Positions 9,999 through 19,123 are shown, numbered from the stretch's first letter. The stretch: DNA of 40,141 nt from Elainellaceae cyanobacterium (GCA_051117555.1 JBNPEG010000141.1:1-40141); one strand, 5' to 3'. The notes: generated from the sequence alone by a model not told the origin. Translations and numbers: made by a program.

Positions 9999-10213
9999 CA
10001 AGGGGCTTAAGCCCCTTGATATCGCGTTAGAACGCTGAATATGTGTAGAACCGGCGCGCCGCGCCGTATGCGTTTAGCGCATGTGTAAGATCCCCCGCTG
10101 TCGCTGCCCCTTAAAAAGGGGGCTATTTACAGGTTGTTGAAGTCCCCCTTTTTTCGGGATTTAGGGGGATCTGTAGGACATTACGCTAAACACATACGGG
10201 CTTAAGCCCCTTG
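9999..10213. repeat. Nested palindromic repeat cluster between convergent ppc and thiC (may also act as a terminator)
   Basis: Palindromes caaggggcttaagccccttg (9999-10018) and gggcttaagccccttg (10198-10213); inner inverted repeat gtatgcgtttagcg/cgctaaacacatac; innermost agatccccc/gggggatct. Confidence 0.75.
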
Positions 10214-10251
10214 TTTGAGAGTATATGGATTTTCCTCACCAAGGATCGGTA

Positions 10252-11625
10252 TTAACCTTGCTGGACAGGCTCTTTGGCGAGAAACTTCTCAAGTTCAGTG
10301 AGTGCTTCGTCATCCATTTTGGTTTGCATTGGGCAAAACTTAGGACCGCACATCGAGCAAAACTCTGCCGTCTTATAAATATCAGCGGGTAAGGTTTCGT
10401 CGTGATATTCTCGGGCCCGATCGGGATCTAAGGACAATTCGAACTGGCGATTCCAGTCAAAGTTATAGCGAGCTTCAGATAACTCATCATCGCGATCGCG
10501 CGCATGGGGTCGGTGGCGTGCCACATCGGCGGCGTGAGCAGCAATCTTATAGGCAATCAGCCCGCTGCGGACATCTTCAGCATCAGGCAAGCCCAGATGC
10601 TCTTTTGGAGTGACGTAACACAGCATGGCAGTGCCATACCATCCCGCCATTGCAGCCCCAATTGCAGATGTGATGTGGTCATATCCGGGAGCAATGTCTG
10701 TCACCAAGGGGCCTAGCACATAGAAAGGAGCTTCAGAGCATTCTTCCATCTGCTTGCGAACATTAAACTCAATTTGATCCATCGGGACATGTCCCGGTCC
10801 TTCCACCATCACCTGGACATTATGCTCCCAAGCGCGACGAGTTAATTGCCCGAGGGTTTTAAGCTCAGCCAGTTGAGCCTCATCAGACGCATCATGGAGA
10901 CATCCAGGACGCAGGGAATCTCCTAAGCTAAATGAAACATCATAGCGCTTAAAGATTTCGATGATGTCTTGAAAGTGGGTGTATAACGGATTTTGCTTGT
11001 GATGGTGCAGCATCCAACGGGCAAGAATTCCGCCGCCGCGAGACACAATGCCCGTAATCCGATTACGCACTAGGGGCAAGTGCTCTATCAAAATCCCGGC
11101 GTGGATGGTTTGATAGTCAACTCCCTGCTGTGCGTGCGTCTCAATGACGTGCAGAAAATCGTCAGGGGTCAGATTTTCGACCTTGCCATGTACGCTTTCG
11201 AGTGCTTGATACACTGGCACTGTCCCGATGGGAACAGGGGACGCTTGAATAATGGCAGTGCGAATTGTATCTAAGTCGCCGCCGCCGGTCGAGAGATCCA
11301 TAACAGTGTCTGCACCGTACTTCACCGCGAGCTTCAGCTTATCGACTTCTTCCTGGAGACCTGATGAATTGGGAGACGCACCGATATTGGCATTGACCTT
11401 ACATCGAGAGGCAATCCCGATGCACATAGGTTCAAGATTTGGATGATTAATATTTGCCGGAATGATCATGCGACCTCGGGCGACTTCGTCGCGAATGAGG
11501 TCAGCCGGAAGATTTTCACGTTGAGCCACGTGCTGCATCTCCTCGGTAATGATTCCCTGCCGAGCATAATGCATTTGTGACACATTGCTGTGTCCACGAC
11601 GCTTCGCAATCCAATTGGCGTGCAT
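10252..11625 (-). CDS. thiC: Phosphomethylpyrimidine synthase
   Basis: [44 protein letters not shown] and the CSMCGPKFC Fe-S motif. Confidence 0.99.
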   Translation of the reverse strand: MHANWIAKRRGHSNVSQMHYARQGIITEEMQHVAQRENLPADLIRDEVARGRMIIPANINHPNLEPMCIGIASRCKVNANIGASPNSSGLQEEVDKLKLAVKYGADTVMDLSTGGGDLDTIRTAIIQASPVPIGTVPVYQALESVHGKVENLTPDDFLHVIETHAQQGVDYQTIHAGILIEHLPLVRNRITGIVSRGGGILARWMLHHHKQNPLYTHFQDIIEIFKRYDVSFSLGDSLRPGCLHDASDEAQLAELKTLGQLTRRAWEHNVQVMVEGPGHVPMDQIEFNVRKQMEECSEAPFYVLGPLVTDIAPGYDHITSAIGAAMAGWYGTAMLCYVTPKEHLGLPDAEDVRSGLIAYKIAAHAADVARHRPHARDRDDELSEARYNFDWNRQFELSLDPDRAREYHDETLPADIYKTAEFCSMCGPKFCPMQTKMDDEALTELEKFLAKEPVQQG

Positions 11626-11644
11626 ATTAAGTTCCTCAGATAAA

Positions 11645-11725
11645 CAGCTTCCCTCCGCTGGTATTAACCAGACTCAGGTTCTAAGGGACTCTCTCAGCCT
11701 GATGGTTTCAGGCACCCCTAGCTTG
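11645..11725 (-). promoter_or_regulatory. TPP riboswitch (THI box)
   Basis: The minus strand reads caagctaggggtgcctgaaaccatcaggctgagagagtcccttagaacctgagtctggttaataccagcggagggaagctg, matching the TPP consensus, about 20 nt upstream of thiC. Confidence 0.96.
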
Positions 11726-11805
11726 ACTGCTAATATTATCACCAACTTTTGACTACCGGTGCAATGTTCGAAAAACTTATAGGTTGCACATAAATCTTGC
11801 CCGCT

Positions 11806-12741
11806 CTATTCGTCAGATTCGTCAGAGATGACGGGTTCGTCAAAGCCTGCTAACACATCTTTGTCAATGACACCATGCACGCCCCAGTTGCCATCAACGA
11901 CTTGGGTAATGCCAAAATCCACCCCCACCGACATTAACGAAATTGCTTCATCTTCGCTCATTCCTTGTGTAGTCATCAAAAAGTGGCGCATCTTGCGGAA
12001 TGCATCTCGCATAGCACTGTCTACCGACGATTCGCCGTAAATATCTTGCTGAGCAGAGTCGCCTAAATCTTCCAAATAGTTGGCGTAGCTAAAGCCATGC
12101 ACCACAAACTCATCGGCGGTTTCAAGTAACGGATAGTAGAGCCCTTCGAGAATGGTTCCGGGCAATTCACCCTGTGGGTGAACCACCACCCGAATAAGTC
12201 CGGTGAGTGAGGTTTCAATGGCCGTGCCAGCGAGTTCTGAATCGCCTTGAGCCGCGTGAGGATCACCCAAGGAAAGCAGCGCACCTTCAACGGCAACAGG
12301 ATAATACATCGTTGCGCCGGCACCAATACGCCAGTTATCAATGTTTCCACCAAAATAGCTGGGTGGAATGGAATCTACCACATCAGCTTCTGCTGGAGCT
12401 AACCCAATCACGCCAAAGTGAGGACGAATGGGGACGCGCACGCCTTCTAACACGTCATAGTTTTCGTCAACAGTGTCATGGTCAACAGGCACGCCAGGAT
12501 AGTCAATGGTTGGATGCACCACGCCAAACGGATCGGTTTGAGGCACCCAGCGGAGTTATAGGCTGCTGTAGCCCAGCTTTGTTCGCCTGTGGTGTCTAAT
12601 TCATAAATGGTGATGTTGAGACGTGGTCGCAGTGGTGTCGCATTCGGTAGCGATCGCCCCTGGTGTAAACAATAAAAGGCTGCTAGCTCCACTCACACCC
12701 AGCATCGGAGCGAGCCAAGTTGCACATAGTTTAATTGTCAT
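11806..12741 (-). pseudogene. Disrupted secreted acetamidase/formamidase-family gene
   Basis: C-terminal part has family motifs (PPSYFGGNIDN, GDPHAAQGDSELAGTAIE, ITQVVDGNWGVH). Upstream, ITIYELDTTGEQSWATAAYN lies in another frame (1-nt shift near 12553), and a signal-peptide-like MTIKLCATWLAPMLGVSGASSLLLFTPGAIA starts at 12741. The N-terminal catalytic part appears to be missing. Confidence 0.8.
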
Positions 12742-12830
12742 ATGCGCGTAACCCTCAACGGGAAAATGGTCAACGCATTTGAACGATTGCATGCTTACCA
12801 AGCGGTTCGGTTCAATTCTGAAGACACCGT

Positions 12831-12905
12831 CCTAGTGGTCTGTGAATTTAAGTTTGACGGATTGACACTGTGAGCGTCTCGCTCACGACACGAGCAAGAT
12901 GCTCT
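12831..12905. repeat. Degenerate dispersed repeat / REP-like element
   Basis: ctagtggtctgtgaatttaagtttgacgg followed by gagcgtctcgctc...gagcaagatgctc hairpin motifs. Confidence 0.5.
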
Positions 12906-12996
12906 ATCCCTCATTTCTCTCCTGACAGCCCACGAGTCAAGCATGTGTGATTGAACTCAACGTTCTATAGGAATGCAAATCTCCAAATGTAGCGGT

Positions 12997-13038
12997 ATCC
13001 TACGGTCAGAGGTTTACCAGATTTGTATCTAAAGACAC
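12997..13038 (-). promoter_or_regulatory. NtcA-activated promoter for the amidase pseudogene
   Basis: Minus strand GTG-tctttaga-TAC (13038-13025), then exactly 22 nt, then TAGGAT (13002-12997). This fits GTA-N8-TAC-N22-TAN3T with one mismatch. Confidence 0.7.
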
Positions 13039-13073
13039 ATTCTCTAAAGACGCATTCGATTCTTGAATCACAA

Positions 13074-14474
13074 TTAAACCGGCAACACCTTGCCGCGCAA
13101 TCCAGCCGGGGCTTCGATGCCATAGCGATTTAACACCGTTGGCACAATGTCATAAAGCTGTGCACCGTCAAGCTGCTGCCCACGGGGATTTTGAGGATCG
13201 TGGAAAATCATCAAGCCAAACGGCGCATGGTTAGCATCATCGGGGCCGGTGTCGTTGTTTTGCGTATAAAACGAGCCCATCCCCACGGTGCCAATCGATC
13301 GCCACGCCAGGTCATCAAAGTAAACTAGCAAATCAGGTGCCATGCCGCGCACTCGTTGATAAATTTTCTGTGGCTTAAAGGGTTTGACATTGAGCGGATT
13401 GCCACTGGGATCGGTAAGGGTTTGAAGCTGTTCCGCGAGGCGCGATCGCACTTTCTCGTAGTCTGCAAGCGGAATCGTGCCTTGCGGTTCTCGTCCTTGT
13501 ACGTTTAAGAAAATCCGCGCATAATAGCCACCTGCACCCCAGGCTTGGGTTTGGCCCCAGTCTACGTCTAGTGTGTCGAGGGACGTGGGCACAGTCGGCA
13601 TTTCTTTTAAGGTGAGATAGCCATTGGCAATCAGCCATTCATTAATGCAGATGCCGCCCATCAGCGGACGTGCACCATGATCAGACACTACCAACACTGC
13701 CGTATCGTCGCTGCACCGCGACAGCAAGTCGCCAACCCGCTGGTCAACATGGCAGTAGTAGTCATGAATGGCGTTGGCATAGGGAGAGTCGGGCTCGTAT
13801 TGGGGATGGCGCGGGTCCATTGGTTTCCAGAAGGAATGATGGATGCGATCGACGCCCATATCAACCAGCATAAGGAAATCGGGATGGTCTTGGTCGATGA
13901 GCTTTTCTGCGAGCGTGAAGCGCTGGTCACACAGAGCATAAATGTTTTGCAGAATGCGGTCTTTGTCGTCAGAGCGAAAATGGGGCACATCAAGCAGAAA
14001 ATCGGGCATCCACTCATTGATTTGGGTGGCAAATTCGGGTGGATGAGTGTAAGGAACGTCGGTGTTAGGGGTGAGGAAGCAGGACACCATCGATCCGTTG
14101 ACGTCGTAGGGGGGAGACGTGCCGGGAACGCTGAGAACGGCAACCGTCCAGCCTTGATCGCCTAAGATATCCCACAGTCGCGGCACTTTCACGGCGCGAC
14201 CGTCTGCGATCGCCATTGCCCCATAGTCGCGACTTTTACGATTGCGAAACCCATAGATGCCGAGTTCACCCGGATCGCGACCGCTCATCATGCAGCTCCA
14301 CGCCGGGACAGTAATCGCTGGGATACTGCTCTCCATACGCCCATAGCTGCCGTTTTCCATGAGTCGAGATAGATTAGGCAGGTCGTTTCGCCACTGCTCG
14401 AAGACTAGGGATGGCTCCATGCAGTCGAGCCCGATAATCACGAGGCGAGGCGAGGTCGAAGATTGGGATGACAT
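13074..14474 (-). CDS. Alkaline phosphatase superfamily, nucleotide pyrophosphatase/phosphodiesterase-type protein
   Basis: IIGLDC, PAITVPAWSCMMSG (Thr nucleophile position), DRIHH, VVSDHG and DDANH metal-ligand motifs; no signal peptide. Confidence 0.9.
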   Translation of the reverse strand: MSSQSSTSPRLVIIGLDCMEPSLVFEQWRNDLPNLSRLMENGSYGRMESSIPAITVPAWSCMMSGRDPGELGIYGFRNRKSRDYGAMAIADGRAVKVPRLWDILGDQGWTVAVLSVPGTSPPYDVNGSMVSCFLTPNTDVPYTHPPEFATQINEWMPDFLLDVPHFRSDDKDRILQNIYALCDQRFTLAEKLIDQDHPDFLMLVDMGVDRIHHSFWKPMDPRHPQYEPDSPYANAIHDYYCHVDQRVGDLLSRCSDDTAVLVVSDHGARPLMGGICINEWLIANGYLTLKEMPTVPTSLDTLDVDWGQTQAWGAGGYYARIFLNVQGREPQGTIPLADYEKVRSRLAEQLQTLTDPSGNPLNVKPFKPQKIYQRVRGMAPDLLVYFDDLAWRSIGTVGMGSFYTQNNDTGPDDANHAPFGLMIFHDPQNPRGQQLDGAQLYDIVPTVLNRYGIEAPAGLRGKVLPV

Positions 14475-14487
14475 AAGGCGTAGTGCG

Positions 14488-15030
14488 CTATGAGAGTGCG
14501 AGGGAATGTAGGTTCACCCAACCGTAGGCGACTTCGTTGAGCGAAGCTGAACCAATTTGAATCAGGCGATCGCCAACAAGCAGCCCGCCCAACGCTTGAT
14601 AAAACTGACGTGCAGGACGATTATCGGCTAAGACCCAAACCAGCATGGTTTGAATATCATAGGTGAGCAACCGACGGGCGATCGCTCCCACCAATTCTCT
14701 ACCGAGTCCGTGATGCTGATAGTTTTCCAAAATATAGATTCCGCCCAGTTCTCCACGGTACACCGGATGGTGGTCGCGCTCGGAACCGCCACTGGCAAAG
14801 CCTACCACCTGCTCAGTGGAATGCTCAACCACATACACAAAGTGACGACTAGGCACAGGGTTAGGATTGCTTGGGTCAAGAAGCTGACGCCAAAATTTTG
14901 CGCGACGCTCGTATGACAGGGTATCTAAAAACTCATCGGACAGGATGCAACGATACGCAGTCCGCCAAGTTTCCACATGAACGCGGGCGATCGCAGGGGC
15001 ATCAGATAACTGGGCAGGACGAAGTTCCAT
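14488..15030 (-). CDS. GNAT family N-acetyltransferase
   Basis: IARVHVETWRTAY, ELGGIYILENYQHHGLGRELV (acetyl-CoA binding motif A) and WVLADNRPARQFYQALGG. Confidence 0.92.
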   Translation of the reverse strand: MELRPAQLSDAPAIARVHVETWRTAYRCILSDEFLDTLSYERRAKFWRQLLDPSNPNPVPSRHFVYVVEHSTEQVVGFASGGSERDHHPVYRGELGGIYILENYQHHGLGRELVGAIARRLLTYDIQTMLVWVLADNRPARQFYQALGGLLVGDRLIQIGSASLNEVAYGWVNLHSLALS

Positions 15031-15073
15031 CGGCGGTCACATCAGATGTACTGCCTTGCAAAGCGACAAAATA

Positions 15074-15159
15074 TATAGCGGTATGCGCTTGGGTTAAGTA
15101 CGGTGGTGCGCGGCGTGCCCTACACCACCGTGTCTGTACTTGACGCGCAAATTGCTATA
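15074..15159. repeat. Small dispersed repeat, TATAGC...GCTATA family
   Basis: tatagcggtatgcgc...aagtac-ggtggtg...caccacc-...gtactt...gcgcaaattgctata, with nested inverted arms. Confidence 0.65.
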
Positions 15160-15161
15160 TA

Positions 15162-16001
15162 TCAAGTTTCGCCTGTGGGTTGAGGCGTACGATGTCGTAG
15201 ATAAAGTGTAACAGATGCACCTATAACGGCGATCGCGCAGAGAATGTGGACAACATTAAACGGCGTGCCAGGGAAAAACCACGAGTCAGTTCGCAGAAAC
15301 TCAATCCAAAACCGCCCAAAGGGATACCAGATTAGATAAAGCAGAGCGAGATCTCCGCCTTTCAACTGAGATTCGAAGCGACGCGAAATCCAAAAAATGA
15401 CGAAAAAGCCCATCAGATTCCACACCGATTCGTAAAGAAACAGAGGATGAAAGCGAGTACTCTCCGGATATTCAGACAAATCGCGATAAGGCCCAATGCG
15501 ATGGCGTGGGTCAATTTTTAGCCCCCACGGTAGAGCGGTCGGCGGACCATACAATTCTTGATTGATGAAATTGCCCCATCGCCCGATGGACTGCGCCAGC
15601 GGAAGCGCCAGCCCAATCGCATCTAGATAAACCAGCGTCGGCAGTTTACGAACGCGGGTAAATAGCCACAGCGCAATGCTGCCGAAGATAAACGCACCAA
15701 AGATATGAATGCCGCCACTCCAGACTTGAAAAATGGTGCCTGGATTGGAGAGATAGTAGCCGATGCCCTCGTCTCCACGAGGTGATTGGATAAAGACGTA
15801 ATAAAGCCGTGCCCCAATAAACGCCGGGATCAGTACCCAAATGAGCATGTCCCAAAAATCATCAGGGTTTAATCCGTTGCGGGCAATGTAGCGACTGGCG
15901 ACGACCGAACCAACGACGATGGCGGTCACCATCAATAAACCATACCAGCGCAGGGCAAAGGGTCCGATTTCAAAAATGATGGGGTCAACAGGGGGATACA
16001 T
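15162..16001 (-). CDS. lgt: Prolipoprotein diacylglyceryl transferase (possibly a second paralog)
   Basis: LRWYG, GARLYYV, the Lgt signature GRWGNFINQELYG, HPLFLYES and RFWIEFLR; multiple transmembrane segments. Confidence 0.93.
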   Translation of the reverse strand: MYPPVDPIIFEIGPFALRWYGLLMVTAIVVGSVVASRYIARNGLNPDDFWDMLIWVLIPAFIGARLYYVFIQSPRGDEGIGYYLSNPGTIFQVWSGGIHIFGAFIFGSIALWLFTRVRKLPTLVYLDAIGLALPLAQSIGRWGNFINQELYGPPTALPWGLKIDPRHRIGPYRDLSEYPESTRFHPLFLYESVWNLMGFFVIFWISRRFESQLKGGDLALLYLIWYPFGRFWIEFLRTDSWFFPGTPFNVVHILCAIAVIGASVTLYLRHRTPQPTGET

Positions 16002-16032
16002 GGAAAATGGTGGGGCTAGGGGTGATTCGAGT

Positions 16033-17589
16033 CTAATCTTCTAAATATCCTAAATCTCTGAGCCGACGCTGCACGTCTGGGTCATCAAAGCCGGGTGCTC
16101 TTTCTGCAACCGCTGTGACGACATCCTGAGCGGTAGACTGTCCGACAAAGGTTTGCAGGCATTCCTGAAGAAGTTCAACATTCTCCGGCAAAATGCTGCT
16201 GAGGTCGAGATTCTCACGGGGGTCATTAAAGAAGTCGTAGAGTTCCCAAACGTTGCCGCCTGTTTCAATCAGCTTATGATTACCAATCCAAACGGCGCGT
16301 CGGGGTTGATCACAGGCGCGATCGCGCACGAGGTCAGGCTGTCGTTTTTGCAGCAGGTTCACGACGTTTTGCGGCGGAATCGCTTCAGCGAATACCTGAT
16401 TTTGCTCGGGGTCGCCCTCTCGTCCTCTGGCTAACGAGAGCGATCGCTCCTCTTCGGTGGCAAGTCCAGCAGCCGTCAATACCGTGTGGAACAAGCGACG
16501 TGTCGAAACTAACTCATGGGCAGTTGTGCCACGAGCAAATTCGCCACTAGGGTCGCGGATAATCAGCGGCACTTGAATCAGTTCGTTATACAAAGAAATC
16601 GAGTGCCCAATAAACTGCTTCTCGCCCAAGTGTTCTCCATGATCCGAGCAGACAATCACGAGCGTGTTATCGAGCGCGCCACTGTCATTGAGCTGCCTAA
16701 AGAATCGCCCAAGCTGCTCATCTTGATAGGCAACTTCGGCATCATACATCCCGTCAAGCGTGGCTTTTTGGTGGTCATCTAGCTCTCCCGTCAGCGGTGC
16801 GAGCCAGCCATACACATCGCTGTTGAATGTCCGTAAGAAGCTTTGCGCCTTCTCATCGCGCAAGACGTGGGGTGCAAATCGTTCGACATACGACCGGGGC
16901 GGATGATAGGGCATGTGAGTGCCCATCAGGTTTAAGAAGGTAAATACGGGCTGATCGGCATCAACTCCCTGACGGTTGATCAAGAGCCGAGCCGCATCAT
17001 CCAGGGATTTAGTCGTATTCCCCTTAAAGCTCAGGGCGGTTTGCCAAATCGGCACCATCAGCGGCGTGAACGAAAATGCCAACAGCGCATCAGAACGAGC
17101 AAACGAATCTTGGATTTGGTTCAGTCCCTTAGCGAGGAGTCGCTTGAAGAGTTGGCGATAGCGCCCCAACAAGCCGGAAGACACGCCTGCCTGATTCGGA
17201 CGCGATGTCAGTAAGCCGCTGTAGTTCAAAAAGCTGTAAAACCCTCGACGCAAGCCGTTATTGATGACGCCCACGAGCGGATTATTGCAAAACCCTGCCG
17301 TAAAATAACCTCCCGTGCTTAGCCGTTCTGCCAAGGTGGTGAAATGGTCGGGCAAGACAGAATAAGACTGGAGAACCTGATGAGCAGAGGGATAGAGCCC
17401 GGTAAACATAGACGCATGAGATGGCACCGTCCACTGGGCAGGAGCAACAGCATTTTTGAAGAGGGTTGCATCTGTCGCTAGCGAATCCAAATGGGGAGAC
17501 GTTTCAAGCGGATAGCCGTAACTCGAAAGGCGATCGGCTCGCTGAGTGTCTAGCACTAGAAAAACAATATCGGGACGCCTGACTGACAT
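16033..17589 (-). CDS. Sulfatase-like hydrolase/transferase with a non-canonical T-x-P-x-H motif
   Basis: PDIVFLVLDTQRAD, AQWTVPSHASMFTG, THMPY, SDHGEHLGE and C-terminal RLRDLGY. Confidence 0.9.
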   Translation of the reverse strand: MSVRRPDIVFLVLDTQRADRLSSYGYPLETSPHLDSLATDATLFKNAVAPAQWTVPSHASMFTGLYPSAHQVLQSYSVLPDHFTTLAERLSTGGYFTAGFCNNPLVGVINNGLRRGFYSFLNYSGLLTSRPNQAGVSSGLLGRYRQLFKRLLAKGLNQIQDSFARSDALLAFSFTPLMVPIWQTALSFKGNTTKSLDDAARLLINRQGVDADQPVFTFLNLMGTHMPYHPPRSYVERFAPHVLRDEKAQSFLRTFNSDVYGWLAPLTGELDDHQKATLDGMYDAEVAYQDEQLGRFFRQLNDSGALDNTLVIVCSDHGEHLGEKQFIGHSISLYNELIQVPLIIRDPSGEFARGTTAHELVSTRRLFHTVLTAAGLATEEERSLSLARGREGDPEQNQVFAEAIPPQNVVNLLQKRQPDLVRDRACDQPRRAVWIGNHKLIETGGNVWELYDFFNDPRENLDLSSILPENVELLQECLQTFVGQSTAQDVVTAVAERAPGFDDPDVQRRLRDLGYLED

Positions 17590-18114
17590 ACGCAACCTGT
17601 TGAACGACTTTGCACCTATTCTGACGTGATGAGGGCGCTATTCGCTATTTTTATCGAGAGATACGGATAGGTCATCTGCCCAAACGGTAATCAATACCAA
17701 TTCTTCCAAGTAAGACTACAAATAAACAGGCTAGCCCCTCGCAAGGCGGGTGGCCGTCAATCCAAAATCGCAAATCCACAATCGAGAATTAGTATACCGG
17801 CTAAGCCAAGGGACGCTGATTGAATGGGTGGATTTGGGAAAAATGTGCGGCTGCCCCTCGGTTGACAAAATCAATTAATAAAAATTTACATTCGAGAACT
17901 CAGGCAAGGGTCGGGGTATTAACATGACGTCCTACTTAGTCAAGCGTGAGGCTAATCTGGCGATCGCAGCAGCAGTTCCCAGGCGTCTGATTCAAAATCT
18001 TTTCTTAACAGAATATTATCGATTCCATAAATCTCAGCGGGTAGATTGATAAATTCGGTGCATTCTGTGTCTTAAAATAACCAGAAACTTGTACATTTCT
18101 TGACAGGAACCCGA

Positions 18115-18555
18115 ATGAATTCTATGGAGAATCCGAGCCATATTTATCCGACGCGCTCATTCATCAAGTTTGCGGCTCGCAGTCAGTTGATCGCCAATTT
18201 AACCGGACAGGTGTTTACGACGTTTGTCCAACGTCACGGGCACGAAACGTCAAAGGATTTGATTAGCCCCGAAGCCCCAGACGATATAGAGTTGGCTGAC
18301 ACAGAATCCTTGTCTGACGAGTCTCACGAATCTACGCATCCGATGGAGCAAACGCTTGATAATGAGCTGTTTCGGGATATCACTCACTCGGTATTTCATC
18401 CTGAGCAACATCCTGAGCTGTATGAGCCATGCGATTCGGTCGAGATGGCTGCTGACATTGAAAATCAGATTGCGGCTGAGATTGTTGAAACCTATCAGAC
18501 AATCAAATTTAATCAGAAACGTCCCATGGTTCAGAGCCTGAATGCGCTGCTGTAG
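18115..18555 (+). CDS. Hypothetical acidic protein
   Basis: ~147 aa ORF with protein-like composition, divergent from the sulfatase cassette. No family recognised; start uncertain (18100, 18115 or 18124). Confidence 0.65.
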   Translation: MNSMENPSHIYPTRSFIKFAARSQLIANLTGQVFTTFVQRHGHETSKDLISPEAPDDIELADTESLSDESHESTHPMEQTLDNELFRDITHSVFHPEQHPELYEPCDSVEMAADIENQIAAEIVETYQTIKFNQKRPMVQSLNALL

Positions 18556-18659
18556 CGAGTGCGATCGCCAAAACATTCACCATATCACTCTGAAACGGAG
18601 AAGAGTATGCATCTGATCCAAAGAAATGGCGTTTCTGAGGGGAGAATAAACACGTGAAT

Positions 18660-19063
18660 CAGAATACTGTTGCTGATTTTTGACGTTGCATTTACGATGC
18701 TGCACTCATCAACGCTAATCTTCAGAGCATCGACGCGGATGTCTAGATCATCAATGGTGATATTCAGACCATCCACGGTGATGTTCAGACCATCCACGGT
18801 GATGTTCAGACTATCAACGATGATGCTTGAGATCATCAGTCGTGATATTCAGACTATCCACGGTGATGTTCAGACTATCAACGATGATGCTTGAGATCAT
18901 CAGTCGTGATATTCAGACTATCCACGGTGATGTTCAGACTATTAGTCGTGATATTCAAACAATCAACGCTGATATTCAGTCCATCAATCACGATTTTCAG
19001 AGCATCAGCCACGATGTGTTGAATTATCAATGGTGATTGTTAGATCATCAACGCGGATGCTCA
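18660..19063. repeat. Degenerate 21-bp tandem array (~19 units) containing a perfect 64-bp higher-order repeat
   Basis: Units such as agaccatccacggtgatgttc and agatcatcagtcgtgatattc; the 64-bp block starts at 18792, 18856 and (partially) 18920. Confidence 0.9.
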
Positions 19064-19079
19064 CACCCCCTCTGGGATT

Positions 19080-19123
19080 GCGATATTAGGGGCGATATTA
19101 GGGGCGATATTAGGGGCGATCGC
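19080..19123. repeat. 12-bp tandem repeat x3 ending in a HIP1 site
   Basis: (gcgatattaggg)x3 followed by gcgatcgc. Confidence 0.9.

Noticed and set aside
12989..13003. Second NtcA site GTA-gcggtatcc-TAC
   Set aside because: The spacer is 9 nt rather than 8, and it overlaps the predicted -10 element.
13677..14165. Antisense and alternate-frame ORFs over the NPP gene (similarly over ureG, the urt genes, ppc and hetF)
   Set aside because: Shadow ORFs of well-supported genes with no recognisable motifs.
17600..18100. Riboswitch upstream of the sulfatase cassette
   Set aside because: Only weak hairpins and a few degenerate heptamers (aatccaa aatcgca aatccac aatcg); no recognisable aptamer.
18585..19036. 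Short ORFs 18585-18836(-), 18670-18894(+) and 18827-19036(+) as real genes
   Set aside because: They are by-products of the stop-poor repeat array, switch repeat phase at the over-length units and lack clear ribosome-binding sites.
18660..19063. CRISPR or TIGR-like guide array
   Set aside because: Units are contiguous 21-mers with no invariant repeat and unique spacer alternation, and no cas, Nop-domain or reverse transcriptase gene is in the window.
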